Notes: generated by a model not told the origin, from the letters alone. DNA of 32,000 bases from Promethearchaeum syntrophicum (GCF_008000775.2 NZ_CP042905.2:2610001-2642000), one strand, 5' to 3'; counted from the stretch's first letter, positions 8,733-18,609 are shown. Numbers and translations are program-made.

Positions 8733-8760
8733 TAGAAACAAATATAATAATTCATAGTAA

Positions 8761-9054
8761 ATGATCGAATCCCTGAATATTCAGAAAAATCAAGGAGAAT
8801 TTTATAAATTTGATTATACTTCCATTATTTCTCAGGCTATTCAATACTTAATTAATACTTCAAAATCTCAAACAATTTCTTTTACTTGCAAATCCTTAAA
8901 GAAAAGAGTGAGAGAAGAATCAGGAATTGTATTATCTGGATGTAAAATTCGATTTGGTTTATACGAATTACTTTCAAAATATCGAATAAAAATCGATAGA
9001 AGTAGGCAAAAATACAGATATTTTTTGGATAATCCAATATTCAAAATGAACTAA
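8761..9054 (+). CDS. Small basic hypothetical protein, possibly DNA-binding
   Basis: 97 aa ORF, Lys/Arg-rich helices, divergent from int. No family recognised. Confidence 0.45.
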   Translation: MIESLNIQKNQGEFYKFDYTSIISQAIQYLINTSKSQTISFTCKSLKKRVREESGIVLSGCKIRFGLYELLSKYRIKIDRSRQKYRYFLDNPIFKMN

Positions 9055-9310
9055 ACAAATGAAGTAATGTTTACTAAATACATTCCGTTTTTTAAAAATA
9101 TTAGAAAAATTTCAATCGAATGTATTAAAGAATTGACTCTACATCTTTAATATTTATTTGAACAGTTTTCCCGTTATTTCATTAATGGCAAAAACATATC
9201 AATTAATTGGATAATCCAATATTCCAAATTATCGGATCAAAAGAAGTAATGTCTATTAATTACTCCCCTTTTTTTCAATAATTAGAAAAATTTTACAAAA
9301 TGTGCTAAGG
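9025..9310 (+). repeat. Imperfect tandem duplication, about 100 bp per unit
   Basis: ttggataatccaatattc is exact at 9025-9042 and 9207-9224. Both are followed by gaagtaatgt...ttactaaatacattcc / gaagtaatgtctattaattactccc and then ttagaaaaattt. Confidence 0.75.
9153..9179. repeat. 27-bp direct repeat (copy 2), remnant of the int 3' end
   Basis: tttatttgaacagttttcccgttattt. On the minus strand it encodes ...EITGKLFK*, against ...KITGKMFK* in int. Confidence 0.85.
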
Positions 9311-10433
9311 AGTATAATTTTCTTCTAAAAACTTTCATATTATCAATTTTTCCACTATTTCTTTGATGGCAATGACAGGTCAATGAATCAATCAAAAGAA
9401 AGTTTTTTTTTTGATGCTTGGATTTTTTATTATAAAAATTAAAATTATATCAGAAAATCAATAAAAACACCTAGACAAACAATTGAATGATGAAAAACTG
9501 AACAAAAATAACTTTTAAATGGAACAATTTTGTTCAATAATATTATAAAATCTGACTAAATTTGTTCAATTTTCGATAAAAGTATTATATTACCCTCCCC
9601 CCATCTTTGCCATTGCCATATTTTTTTGCCATATATGTGATATATTTTTCTAAATTTTCTGAAAGTGTTCAACATCCCATATCTTCTTTTTATTTAGGGG
9701 GGATGTGTGTTTTTCTCTTTATTTTGTATTCTTTTTAGGTTGGCTAACCTATTTTAAGTCATCTGACTTAATTATAGAATATTAATATGCGAAATCATCT
9801 TAACGTTTACCCATATTTTTTATTTTTTACTTTACCAGGTAAAAATTTCTGATATTTTGAATTAAATTAACTCATGTTTCGAATTCAAAATGAACGATAC
9901 GGTTCAAAGTGGAGAATGATATTTAGGGGAGATTAGTTGAGAAATAGATGATTATTTTTATCATGTTCAATAATGTTCTCTCAAATATCCAAACAAAAGA
10001 AGTAAAAGATTTATTGCATACACTAGACAACATTCAAGAAATATAATATTTAATTGGAAAAAATCCAAATAATTTATTCTTATTAGGAAAATATTCAAAA
10101 TTGAATCATGGACAGCATTGTCCTAAACTCCTTAAAACTCATCAGTAAGTAAATGTTTTATAATATTTTTATGGACAATTTGTCCTTTGTATGTTTTTTA
10201 AAATATTTTGATAAAAAAAGACATTCTCTAACTCATATTTTTGGCTACTATCATAGAGATCAATAGTAGAAAAAACTCAAAAACGAACAACCCCTCTCTT
10301 TTCTTTTAAAATTATATTTTATACCTGGAGTAAAAATTATAATTTTTTAGTGGATCCATTAATTTTCCAAAAATACCATATTTGGCAAAAACAAGAAAAA
10401 ACTAGGAAATCAGGGAATTACCGATTTTAGTAA

Positions 10434-10757
10434 TTAAGAGATAATTACTTTTTTTCGTAATTTCCAATTATTTTTTAATATTATTGCAGGACCAAAAACA
10501 TGAACTTCTTCTGGTTCTAATTGAACTTCAAAGCCTTCAATATCATCATGAATACTTTTCAAATAAAATGGAATCGGAGTATCCACACAATGCCTACTTG
10601 AATTACAAAAATCAATATTTGATAATAATAATTCTATATCCTGAGATACTTTTGATAATTTTTTTCTGATATTATTTCTCATTTTTGCTTCGTATTCAGG
10701 ACTTATTTTTTTTCCTTCTAAAAATTCGCGTTCGGTTTTTGATAACATATTTTTCAC
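10434..10757 (-). CDS. Hypothetical protein
   Basis: 107 aa ORF, immediately downstream of and co-oriented with 10759-11133. Confidence 0.5.
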   Translation of the reverse strand: MKNMLSKTEREFLEGKKISPEYEAKMRNNIRKKLSKVSQDIELLLSNIDFCNSSRHCVDTPIPFYLKSIHDDIEGFEVQLEPEEVHVFGPAIILKNNWKLRKKVIIS

Positions 10758-10758
10758 C

Positions 10759-11133
10759 TTAAACTTCTTTCATCCATTCTGAAAGGTTTGATAAGAAATT
10801 TCCAAATACATTAACGTTTGAAAACATGTCCTTAACTTCCAGTTCTAACATTCTCATATTTGAAGTTTTATCGCCTTTTCCCCCAATTGCAATTTTCTTT
10901 AATCCCCTTAAAGTATCAATAGACATTTTGAATGGATTAATCTCATATTTACCTTTCTTTTGGAAGTGTGGTTTTATTTCTTCCGAAATTTTCTTTTTTG
11001 CTTTAATACCAGGAAGAGTATTTTTTTTCTTTGTTTGTAATCTTTCTTGTTCTAACCTTTCTCTTTCTTCCAGTTCTAATTTTGCTTTTCTTAATTTATC
11101 TGCAATATTCATTTTAATCAATCTCCTTTTCAA
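10759..11133 (-). CDS. Hypothetical basic, coiled-coil-like protein
   Basis: ADKLRKAKLELEERERLEQERLQTKKK; overlaps the upstream HTH ORF by 20 nt. Confidence 0.55.
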   Translation of the reverse strand: MKRRLIKMNIADKLRKAKLELEERERLEQERLQTKKKNTLPGIKAKKKISEEIKPHFQKKGKYEINPFKMSIDTLRGLKKIAIGGKGDKTSNMRMLELEVKDMFSNVNVFGNFLSNLSEWMKEV

Positions 11134-11422
11134 TTTTTTCCATTGCCTTAAAGTCTTGTTCGGAAGTTAATTTTAAAAACGGTTCTATTTCTATTGCTTT
11201 TTCAAAGAGTTTCAAAATTTGATTTAATGATTCTTTAATTTCATCATTCACTTTACTATTCACTTTACTTTCTGCTTTACTTTCAGTTGGATTATTTCTG
11301 TCTTTAATTCGTTTAATTGTTCTACTAGAAACACCTAATTTCTCGGTTGTTTCTATATATGTATGATTCTTTAGATAATCCAACACTTTCTTATCATTTT
11401 CTTGATTTATTTTGCGAGGCAT
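11114..11422 (-). CDS. Helix-turn-helix protein (Sigma70-r4/resolvase/terminase-small-subunit style HTH)
   Basis: MPRKINQENDKKVLDYLKNHTYIETTEKLGVSSRTIKRIKDR shows a clear HTH at the N-terminus. Confidence 0.6.
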   Translation of the reverse strand: MPRKINQENDKKVLDYLKNHTYIETTEKLGVSSRTIKRIKDRNNPTESKAESKVNSKVNDEIKESLNQILKLFEKAIEIEPFLKLTSEQDFKAMEKIEKEID

Positions 11423-11450
11423 ATTTTTTTCACTAATTAATATTAAAACA

Positions 11451-11500
11451 CTTTACTTATTTAAGTATTTTGAATAATCATAAGTAAAGCGAAAGTAAAG
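11451..11500. promoter_or_regulatory. Repeated octamer AAGTAAAG, candidate operator
   Basis: CTTTACTT at 11451-11458 (inverted), AAGTAAAG at 11482-11489 and 11493-11500 (11 bp apart), just upstream of the HTH gene. Confidence 0.55.
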
Positions 11501-11843
11501 TCTTTTTGAATGGATTTTGAATGATTTGGGAATAAAGATATTTGCGTGAAATTTTTAATTCAAATTTAAAGGAAATTTTTTCTTGTGATAAATATCATAA
11601 TTAAAGCCAATAAATAAGGGGGTATTAAGAATAAACCAGCAATTTCACGCAAAACCCTATAGTTTGGGATGTTATCTAAATATTAAATTACAAAGGAAGA
11701 AGAAATCGAATAAAATCATATCATAAATTGATTTAAGATCAGAAATAATCAGAAAAAAATATACATAATGGGATCAAATACAGATTATAAAAATTATCAA
11801 AAATAATCCCCTTCTGGATTCAAGTAAATTTAGATTATTTTTT

Positions 11844-12437
11844 CTATTTAAGCATTCTATTACCAATTTCATTGAAAAGTTCTTCTACACCATTACTATT
11901 CAAAGCAGATGTCTTAATAAAGTAATCAATATTGAAATCGTTTTTACACTGTTCTATTTCATCTGGAGAAATTGCTATAGAATTATTTGAAACTAAATCT
12001 TCTTTTGTTCCTACTAAGAAGAATTTTACATTCTTATTCCCCCATACACCCCCTTCTTTTAAAATATCAATCCAATCATATAATCTCTTAAGAGTAGGAA
12101 GCCTAGCTAAATCAAAACATAAAACTACCCCTTCAGCACCCCGAACATAATCCTTCAATATAAACCTAAATCGTTCCTGCCCTGCAAAATCCCAAAGTAA
12201 CAAATTAATATGATTAATATTTTTCTCATCAGTTTTTTCAATTTTTTTCATGAAAAAATCTGATCCTATTGTCATTTTGGTTGAATCTACAAAGATATTA
12301 CTAACGGTTCTATGCAATAAAGTAGTTTTTCCAACTCCTCCTTCCCCAAGTATCACTATTTTTTTCTGGATGTTTCGAATAACTTTTTGATCTTCGCTCA
12401 CTGTAAGTTGATTGATATTTGATTGCATTGTTATCAA
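11844..12437 (-). CDS. Ras/Rab-like small GTPase
   Basis: G1 GEGGVGKTT, switch I Thr, G3 WDFAGQERF, G4 GTKEDL (TKxD variant), G5 TSAL. Confidence 0.95.
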   Translation of the reverse strand: MITMQSNINQLTVSEDQKVIRNIQKKIVILGEGGVGKTTLLHRTVSNIFVDSTKMTIGSDFFMKKIEKTDEKNINHINLLLWDFAGQERFRFILKDYVRGAEGVVLCFDLARLPTLKRLYDWIDILKEGGVWGNKNVKFFLVGTKEDLVSNNSIAISPDEIEQCKNDFNIDYFIKTSALNSNGVEELFNEIGNRMLK

Positions 12438-12697
12438 GGAGATAGTTAGTAAATTGACATTTATTATAGCTTTATTGAAAAAATTCTATGAATAATTTGT
12501 AAATATTGTGAATAATTATTCGTTTTTTCTCCGTGAAATGCTTAATTTCAGAAATTTCGATAAATGAAGCATTTTCTACAAAAGTGTTAAGGATGATATT
12601 TACGTTTGAAAAATGTATAATTATTGATAGAAGTATAGAAATTAGACGGTATATCATTTTTTTATACACAAAACAAAACCTTCGGATCAAACTAAAA

Positions 12698-15600
12698 ATG
12701 AAATCTAAACATATTATGCTTTCTTATTCTAAAATATTTTTCAAATCAGCAAGTTTTCTTATAATTTTACTTGTAACCTTTTCTCAATATTCAATTTTAC
12801 ATTTTGATAATTCTAATTCAAACCAATCTTTTGTAAATAACGAAGATGATTTAACAAACATCAATAAAAACGCACCGCAATCGGCTCAAGATTTTATAGA
12901 TTTCGAGAATGCCCCATTGTTATTCCGTATTCATGAGAAAGGTTATATAGATGATAGAGTTGCTGCAAATTTATGGTATGAAGGATTCCTCCATAGCGTT
13001 GATTATATGTGTTATTTATCAATTAACAATGGGGAAGTTTGGGCACTAGAACAATTCAATGTTGTAAAAAGTTTAACAAACTTGACAGAATTTGTTGATG
13101 GAGATTTTACACGGCAACTAGTAGCTGAGTCAATAGTCCAACACCCAGAAGAAGATGTTTATGTAAAAAATCAGATAAAACTTTATCCAGATGAGGAATT
13201 TTTTGTGATGACATATATGATTTGGAGTGAAACAATTAATATAACGAGTGCAGAACTTTTTTTTTATAATGATCTGGATATTGATGAAACATTCAATGAT
13301 GATAATGCTGATTACGATCCTTCGACAGAATTAATTTACTCTTCCGATAAGTTCACTCATACATCCTTAGGGTGGATTTCAACGTATCCTATTTCTTCAT
13401 GGGATTTAGGACCCTATACTATAATAGAAGATAATGTTATAAATGATGCTTTAGGAGAAACAATCTCAGATTATGGAGATATTTCCTTAGCAACAAAATA
13501 TGAAAAGAAAAATTTCAATGAAAATGAAACTTGGGTTGTTCCCCTAATTTATGGATTTGCAACATCAGAAGCAGATCTTTATACAAAAACAGTTGATATT
13601 AAGAATCAATTTATTGATGATTTCTCAGTCTTAGATTTTACAGCAAATCTAACAGATAATCCTTCGGTAAATGCAACAATTTTAAATGGAGGCCAAAATG
13701 AATTAACACGAAACGTTAGCGTTTTTAGAAATGGAACATACCTTCAAAGCCAAGAGATTACATTATTACCAGGTGAACTTGATACTAATGTAACTTTTGA
13801 TAATCTATTACTTAATCCTGGTGAATATAATGAGATAACTGTTTTAATAAATGATATTATTAATGATTATCAGCCGAATAATGAAATTTCTCACACTTAT
13901 TTATATCAAGAAAGATTTAGAATTAATATTAAAGATCTTGATGGATTTGATGTAGAGGGATTGAATGTTTCTTTATATCATAATGTTTCTAAAGCATTGA
14001 TCCATTCAGCATTTACCGATGAATTTGGTAATGCAACTTTTGTTGATCTTCCAGAAAATAATTACACTCTAAAAGCATATGCTCCTTGGATGAATGAAAA
14101 CCATCAATTAATTTATGAAGAAAATTTTACTTACCCTGATGTGGGAGATTTTTATCAAATTCAATCCAATTTAACTACATTGATACTCCATATTATGGAT
14201 GTTGAAGATAATTCAGTAGAAAGTGCATCTATCGATATATATGAGAATTTTGAACCTGAAACTATTATATGGTCAGGATTAACTGATCAAAATGGCAATA
14301 TAACTTTTCTATTTTTAAATCAGACATATGATATTAATGTTACATACTTCAATTATGAAAAATCATTATTATTAGAACCAATATTAGATCTAAGCCTAAT
14401 AGAAAAAACTAACCGAACTCATCAAGTTTCATTAACTAATTTAACATTTCATCTTAAAAATAGAAATATTGCTAGTCCAACAAATTTAACTGGTGCAAAA
14501 CTTGAATTTTATGAAAAAGTTAATTCAACTTCATTCGGGAATTATATTGGTTTTGATTTAGTAGATTTGATTGAAAATGTAAGTATTTACTGGGATGCGC
14601 GTATAAATTATTCAATTCGAGTTATTTTTTTTGGTGGATATTGCCCAATCGGAGACCCAGAAGCGGAATCATTAAATTTTACAGAATCTCCATACAACTC
14701 ATATTATTATCTTGTTTTTAATGTGTCTATAGAGGATTATGATTATTTAACAGAAATTATTTCTTTTAATTTACCACCAATCATTTATACTTGGGAGGAT
14801 AATATAGATTTTAAATTTATGATAAATGTGTCGGGTCCTGACTATGAAGGACCAAAATATGCGGATGAGACATTTATCAGAATCCAAAACCAAAACTTTG
14901 AAACTGTTTATGATGGGAATGCCACAAATATAGATGGTCAGCTGGGAAACCATAGTTTTGTATTAAACACTTCAAGCGGAATTTTTACATCTGATAATCC
15001 TGAAACGTATTTTTTAAGAATATTCGCACAAATCGAAAGTTATGATAATCCAGCATCTATTTTACTTCCATTTAGTATTTACAATATCACCACAGATATG
15101 GATTTGCATTCTTCATCTGAAACCTTATATTGGAAAGATAATTTCACGATTTCAGCTAATTATTTTAATGCGCTAGATAACGAGAAGATAATAAAAGATG
15201 GATATGCCACTGTATCTTGGGGCCAAAATTTTATAAATTACCCCATGCAAAATCTAGGAAACGGTACATATACAATTGAGATAAATTCATCAATAGGTTC
15301 TCCAGGTAATAGCATTGTTAACGTGAAATGTTATAGAGAAAACTATAATGTACAAGAAAGGAAATTTTATTTAAATGTGATGGAAGTCCCAACTACCGTG
15401 AATGGCTCAATTTTATTTGGTTCTGGTCATTCTCAATTTGTTTCTACCCAAAATTTAACGTTAGATTATAATTTTATTGATTCTTATCGAAATATTTCAA
15501 TTCCTGATCTTTCTCCAATGTATTCGATAATTAATTCAGAAACTGATGAGCAGTATACTGGATATTTAACAACTAATGAATCTGGTTTTTATTCATTTGA

Positions 15601-16591
15601 TCCTAAATCATCCTTGTTACCAATTGGGACATATCACGGTTTAATAGATTTTAGTTTAGAAAATTATCAATCAAGTTATGCGAGTGTTCAACTTGATATA
15701 CTTCCTATACCTTTATCTTTAACACTTGAAGGGGGAACAAGTGAAGTTGAAAATGATCTTGAAATATCCCCTGATTACAATATTGAAAGAGGGGAACAGT
15801 TCTATTTTAGTTTAGATATATTAGATATTTATGATAATCCAGTTGAAAATTGTACTATTACATATATATTAAAATTCACAGAAGATAACGAAACCAAGAA
15901 AGGAGATCTTCTAACAGACAACATGGGACACTACTTTGGAAATTTTCCAGAATTATCAAGAATTGGATTATATTCTTTATCATTAACAGTTAGTAAAGCA
16001 AATTATACAGAGGAAACTTATCAATTTTATATTGATGTTGAATATGAAACCCCTATTGGTGATATTCCTCTTCCGTATTTAATTGTAGGCGCAATGATGT
16101 TATTGATAGCAATTTCTGCGGTTGCAGGATATGCGGGTATTAAGAGAATTAGAATTCCTAAATATATCAAAGATCTTACAAAACTTGAGAAAATCCTTAA
16201 AAACACAAATAATGTTCTTCCCGAGCGATATCCGACTCGGATTGAACAATTAGAGGAAAAATATGGAAATAGATGGGTCCAGATAGATTTTAAATTCCCT
16301 CTACAACCACATATTGATGATATTAAAATTTTTATCAATACATATCAAGCAATAACGGGAAAATTATTCTTGAAAGAAGAAGCAAAGCAATTTTTAGATG
16401 ATTTAGTGATATATTCTGAAGAAGAAATTAAACGTCGTCTTGAAGGAGAAAGAATTTTTGGTGAAAACCTTTCAAAATTAATGGAAATTATACTTAATTA
16501 TATCCAAATTACAAATACTCAGCACGATCTTAAAACTGATTCCAGCATAGTTAAAGATGATTTTGATCTAGAATTTGGAGATGAAAAATAA
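12698..16591 (+). CDS. Giant surface/receptor-like protein: N-terminal signal/TM, large beta-rich ectodomain, C-terminal TM and cytosolic tail (start revised from 12533)
   Basis: From ATG 12698: hydrophobic SASFLIILLVTFSQYSILHF. Ectodomain has CARDB/Ig- and Cna_B/CarboxypepD_reg-like repeats (IKDLDGFDVEGLNVSLY...TDEFGNATFVDLPENNYTL; IMDVEDNSVESASIDIY...TDQNGNITFLFL) and many N-x-S/T sequons. TM LPYLIVGAMMLLIAISAVAGYAGI is followed by a charged tail of about 140 aa. Confidence 0.8.
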   Translation: MKSKHIMLSYSKIFFKSASFLIILLVTFSQYSILHFDNSNSNQSFVNNEDDLTNINKNAPQSAQDFIDFENAPLLFRIHEKGYIDDRVAANLWYEGFLHSVDYMCYLSINNGEVWALEQFNVVKSLTNLTEFVDGDFTRQLVAESIVQHPEEDVYVKNQIKLYPDEEFFVMTYMIWSETINITSAELFFYNDLDIDETFNDDNADYDPSTELIYSSDKFTHTSLGWISTYPISSWDLGPYTIIEDNVINDALGETISDYGDISLATKYEKKNFNENETWVVPLIYGFATSEADLYTKTVDIKNQFIDDFSVLDFTANLTDNPSVNATILNGGQNELTRNVSVFRNGTYLQSQEITLLPGELDTNVTFDNLLLNPGEYNEITVLINDIINDYQPNNEISHTYLYQERFRINIKDLDGFDVEGLNVSLYHNVSKALIHSAFTDEFGNATFVDLPENNYTLKAYAPWMNENHQLIYEENFTYPDVGDFYQIQSNLTTLILHIMDVEDNSVESASIDIYENFEPETIIWSGLTDQNGNITFLFLNQTYDINVTYFNYEKSLLLEPILDLSLIEKTNRTHQVSLTNLTFHLKNRNIASPTNLTGAKLEFYEKVNSTSFGNYIGFDLVDLIENVSIYWDARINYSIRVIFFGGYCPIGDPEAESLNFTESPYNSYYYLVFNVSIEDYDYLTEIISFNLPPIIYTWEDNIDFKFMINVSGPDYEGPKYADETFIRIQNQNFETVYDGNATNIDGQLGNHSFVLNTSSGIFTSDNPETYFLRIFAQIESYDNPASILLPFSIYNITTDMDLHSSSETLYWKDNFTISANYFNALDNEKIIKDGYATVSWGQNFINYPMQNLGNGTYTIEINSSIGSPGNSIVNVKCYRENYNVQERKFYLNVMEVPTTVNGSILFGSGHSQFVSTQNLTLDYNFIDSYRNISIPDLSPMYSIINSETDEQYTGYLTTNESGFYSFDPKSSLLPIGTYHGLIDFSLENYQSSYASVQLDILPIPLSLTLEGGTSEVENDLEISPDYNIERGEQFYFSLDILDIYDNPVENCTITYILKFTEDNETKKGDLLTDNMGHYFGNFPELSRIGLYSLSLTVSKANYTEETYQFYIDVEYETPIGDIPLPYLIVGAMMLLIAISAVAGYAGIKRIRIPKYIKDLTKLEKILKNTNNVLPERYPTRIEQLEEKYGNRWVQIDFKFPLQPHIDDIKIFINTYQAITGKLFLKEEAKQFLDDLVIYSEEEIKRRLEGERIFGENLSKLMEIILNYIQITNTQHDLKTDSSIVKDDFDLEFGDEK

Positions 16592-17730
16592 TGCCAATTG
16601 GAATATGTTTATGGGAGTGGGATACACGTAGTGGTGCAGAGATATTAGGAACTTGGCCAAGAGATGTTAAGTTAGAAAATAAGACTTTAATGCAATTATA
16701 TTCTCAGCATTTATATAGTGCGAAAGCCGATATTGTTTCTATGTATGTAGGATCTTTAAATGTGTTAAGTATCTGGACCGGATCAATCCACAATTACTTT
16801 TTGACAATTTTATTACACCAAGATGAAGATCCAGAGAATTATTCAGATATTATTTCTGATTCTATGTATTATTTGGTTCCTTATATCCAGAAAGATATAT
16901 ACAAAACATTATTACCTTCGATATTCCAACGTTTTAAAGAATATCCAGATACAAACCTGGAACAAAGGCGAGCTATTTTATATTCAAATGAATTAAACAG
17001 ATCAATTTTAAATCTCTTGCAAGAAGAGGGAGTTTATTATAAAGATGAATTAAAAATCTGGCTTGAAGATTCTTTGAAAAAAAAGGCATTTAATTATGAA
17101 ATGGCTATTGAAAGATTGATTCATAATGATTTAATAAAAGTTTCCTCTGTGAAAGGTGTTGAAGGAACTTATGTGTTTTTAATAAATGACATAGCTTTAC
17201 TTAGAGCACCTCCGCTTGATTTAATTCGAAATTTTCAAATAAAAGGTGATTTGAACCTAAATGATGACATACTTTCCAAAATTCGAAAGTTTTTTCAATT
17301 TTATAAACCATCAGAAAGGGACAATCTTCAGATTTTGAAATTCATGGGTGATACAAATTACTATAAAATATTAAATTTCCTCAGGAAAACAAATGCTAAT
17401 GAATCTACTTTAAAAAAACTTACAATACACGGCGTAGATAATGTCTTCTCATTGATAAATGATTTAGAAAATTTAGATATTGTTGATCATGTAAAAAATA
17501 AAAATGAAGATACAATATATTTCTTAAAATCAGATATAATTATTGATAAAATGACCCCAAAATTTATGATGCGTAGATTATATGATATGAATTATGAAGG
17601 TAAAAAAAATCCTAAGTTAATTCAGAGTTATATTAAAATTTTAAAAGAAAGTTTTTATGAAAATCAAATAAAAAAAGGTAAATTTAAAAAAATAGATGAA
17701 GGTATAGTTTTGGAGGATGTATCTTCGTGA
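16591..17730 (+). CDS. Longin-like plus winged-helix-like protein
   Basis: ATG overlaps the preceding stop (TAATG). The N-terminus MPIGICLWEWDTRSGAEILGTWP... has the character of a longin first strand, followed by helical/wHTH-like segments (ERLIHNDLIKVSSVKGVEGTYVFL). Fold call is inference. Confidence 0.6.
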   Translation: MPIGICLWEWDTRSGAEILGTWPRDVKLENKTLMQLYSQHLYSAKADIVSMYVGSLNVLSIWTGSIHNYFLTILLHQDEDPENYSDIISDSMYYLVPYIQKDIYKTLLPSIFQRFKEYPDTNLEQRRAILYSNELNRSILNLLQEEGVYYKDELKIWLEDSLKKKAFNYEMAIERLIHNDLIKVSSVKGVEGTYVFLINDIALLRAPPLDLIRNFQIKGDLNLNDDILSKIRKFFQFYKPSERDNLQILKFMGDTNYYKILNFLRKTNANESTLKKLTIHGVDNVFSLINDLENLDIVDHVKNKNEDTIYFLKSDIIIDKMTPKFMMRRLYDMNYEGKKNPKLIQSYIKILKESFYENQIKKGKFKKIDEGIVLEDVSS

Positions 17731-18590
17731 TTCATGAACTTATGATTGTATCCCAAGGAGGGTTATGCATATATTCCTATGAGTTTACAGAAATGCAAGT
17801 TAATCCTCAATTGGTAGCGGGATTTACTACAGCAATTGATACATTTTCCGAATCTCTTTTAGAAAGAAAACAGAATATTGATTCTCTTCAAATGACTAGT
17901 TTAAACCTAAAAATTTCGAGATTTCTTCATGATGCATTATCGATGATTATTTTTTTTAATAAATATGATAATATTGATGTCATAAATTCAATAATGATAG
18001 ATTTACAGACTCAATTTATCGAATCCTTTGGGAATTATGATCTTGAAGATTTTTTTCAGACCTCAATTCTTAAACCCTTTGACAATGTAGCAATTCCATT
18101 ATGTAACATGCATGTTGATATTGGAATGTTAAGTGTTCAATCAACATATAAATCTAAACTATGGGAACTAATCGTAAATATAAATAATAGTAGACCTAAT
18201 GAATCTTCAAATCCTGAACAAATCAAAAAAGAATCAAATACTATTGATTATATTTGCCCAAATCTTCCAAATTGTGATATTTTAATATGGAATCTTGATT
18301 TGGAAGCTGCAGAAATGAATCAAAGCATCTTTCATAATAAACAAATTTTTATTATTGTCATTGAACCCGATTTCGATTTTATTCAGAAATATATTCCAAT
18401 AATTGAAATTTTGAAAAAAAATCATAACGAATCTCTTATGATTGGTGTAATGATGACAGAAAGTGGAACAATAACAAAGAACAATATCGAAAAATTACTT
18501 CAAATCAATATTTTTGAATTAAGTATTAATGAACCGTCAGCAAAGGAGAATCTTGCAGATATAATATATAATTGCGTTCTTGGAATATAA
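17727..18590 (+). CDS. Longin-like domain protein
   Basis: GTG start overlapping the previous stop by 4 nt. MIHELMIVSQGGLCIYSYEFTE...LVAGFTTAIDTFSESL follows the beta-hairpin-helix pattern of archaeal longin/roadblock superfamily proteins. Confidence 0.6.
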   Translation: MIHELMIVSQGGLCIYSYEFTEMQVNPQLVAGFTTAIDTFSESLLERKQNIDSLQMTSLNLKISRFLHDALSMIIFFNKYDNIDVINSIMIDLQTQFIESFGNYDLEDFFQTSILKPFDNVAIPLCNMHVDIGMLSVQSTYKSKLWELIVNINNSRPNESSNPEQIKKESNTIDYICPNLPNCDILIWNLDLEAAEMNQSIFHNKQIFIIVIEPDFDFIQKYIPIIEILKKNHNESLMIGVMMTESGTITKNNIEKLLQINIFELSINEPSAKENLADIIYNCVLGI

Positions 18591-18609
18591 TCTAAGGGTG
18601 AATATTTAT

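Noticed and set aside
10484-11170. Plus-strand ORFs 10484-10669 and 10826-11170
   Set aside because: Antisense to the better supported minus-strand cluster 10434-11422. Translations are low-complexity (Ser/Phe/Leu).
12533-12697. Upstream extension of the giant ORF
   Set aside because: The ATG at 12698 gives a conventional hydrophobic signal/TM start. The extension has intergenic character and overlaps the likely divergent promoter.
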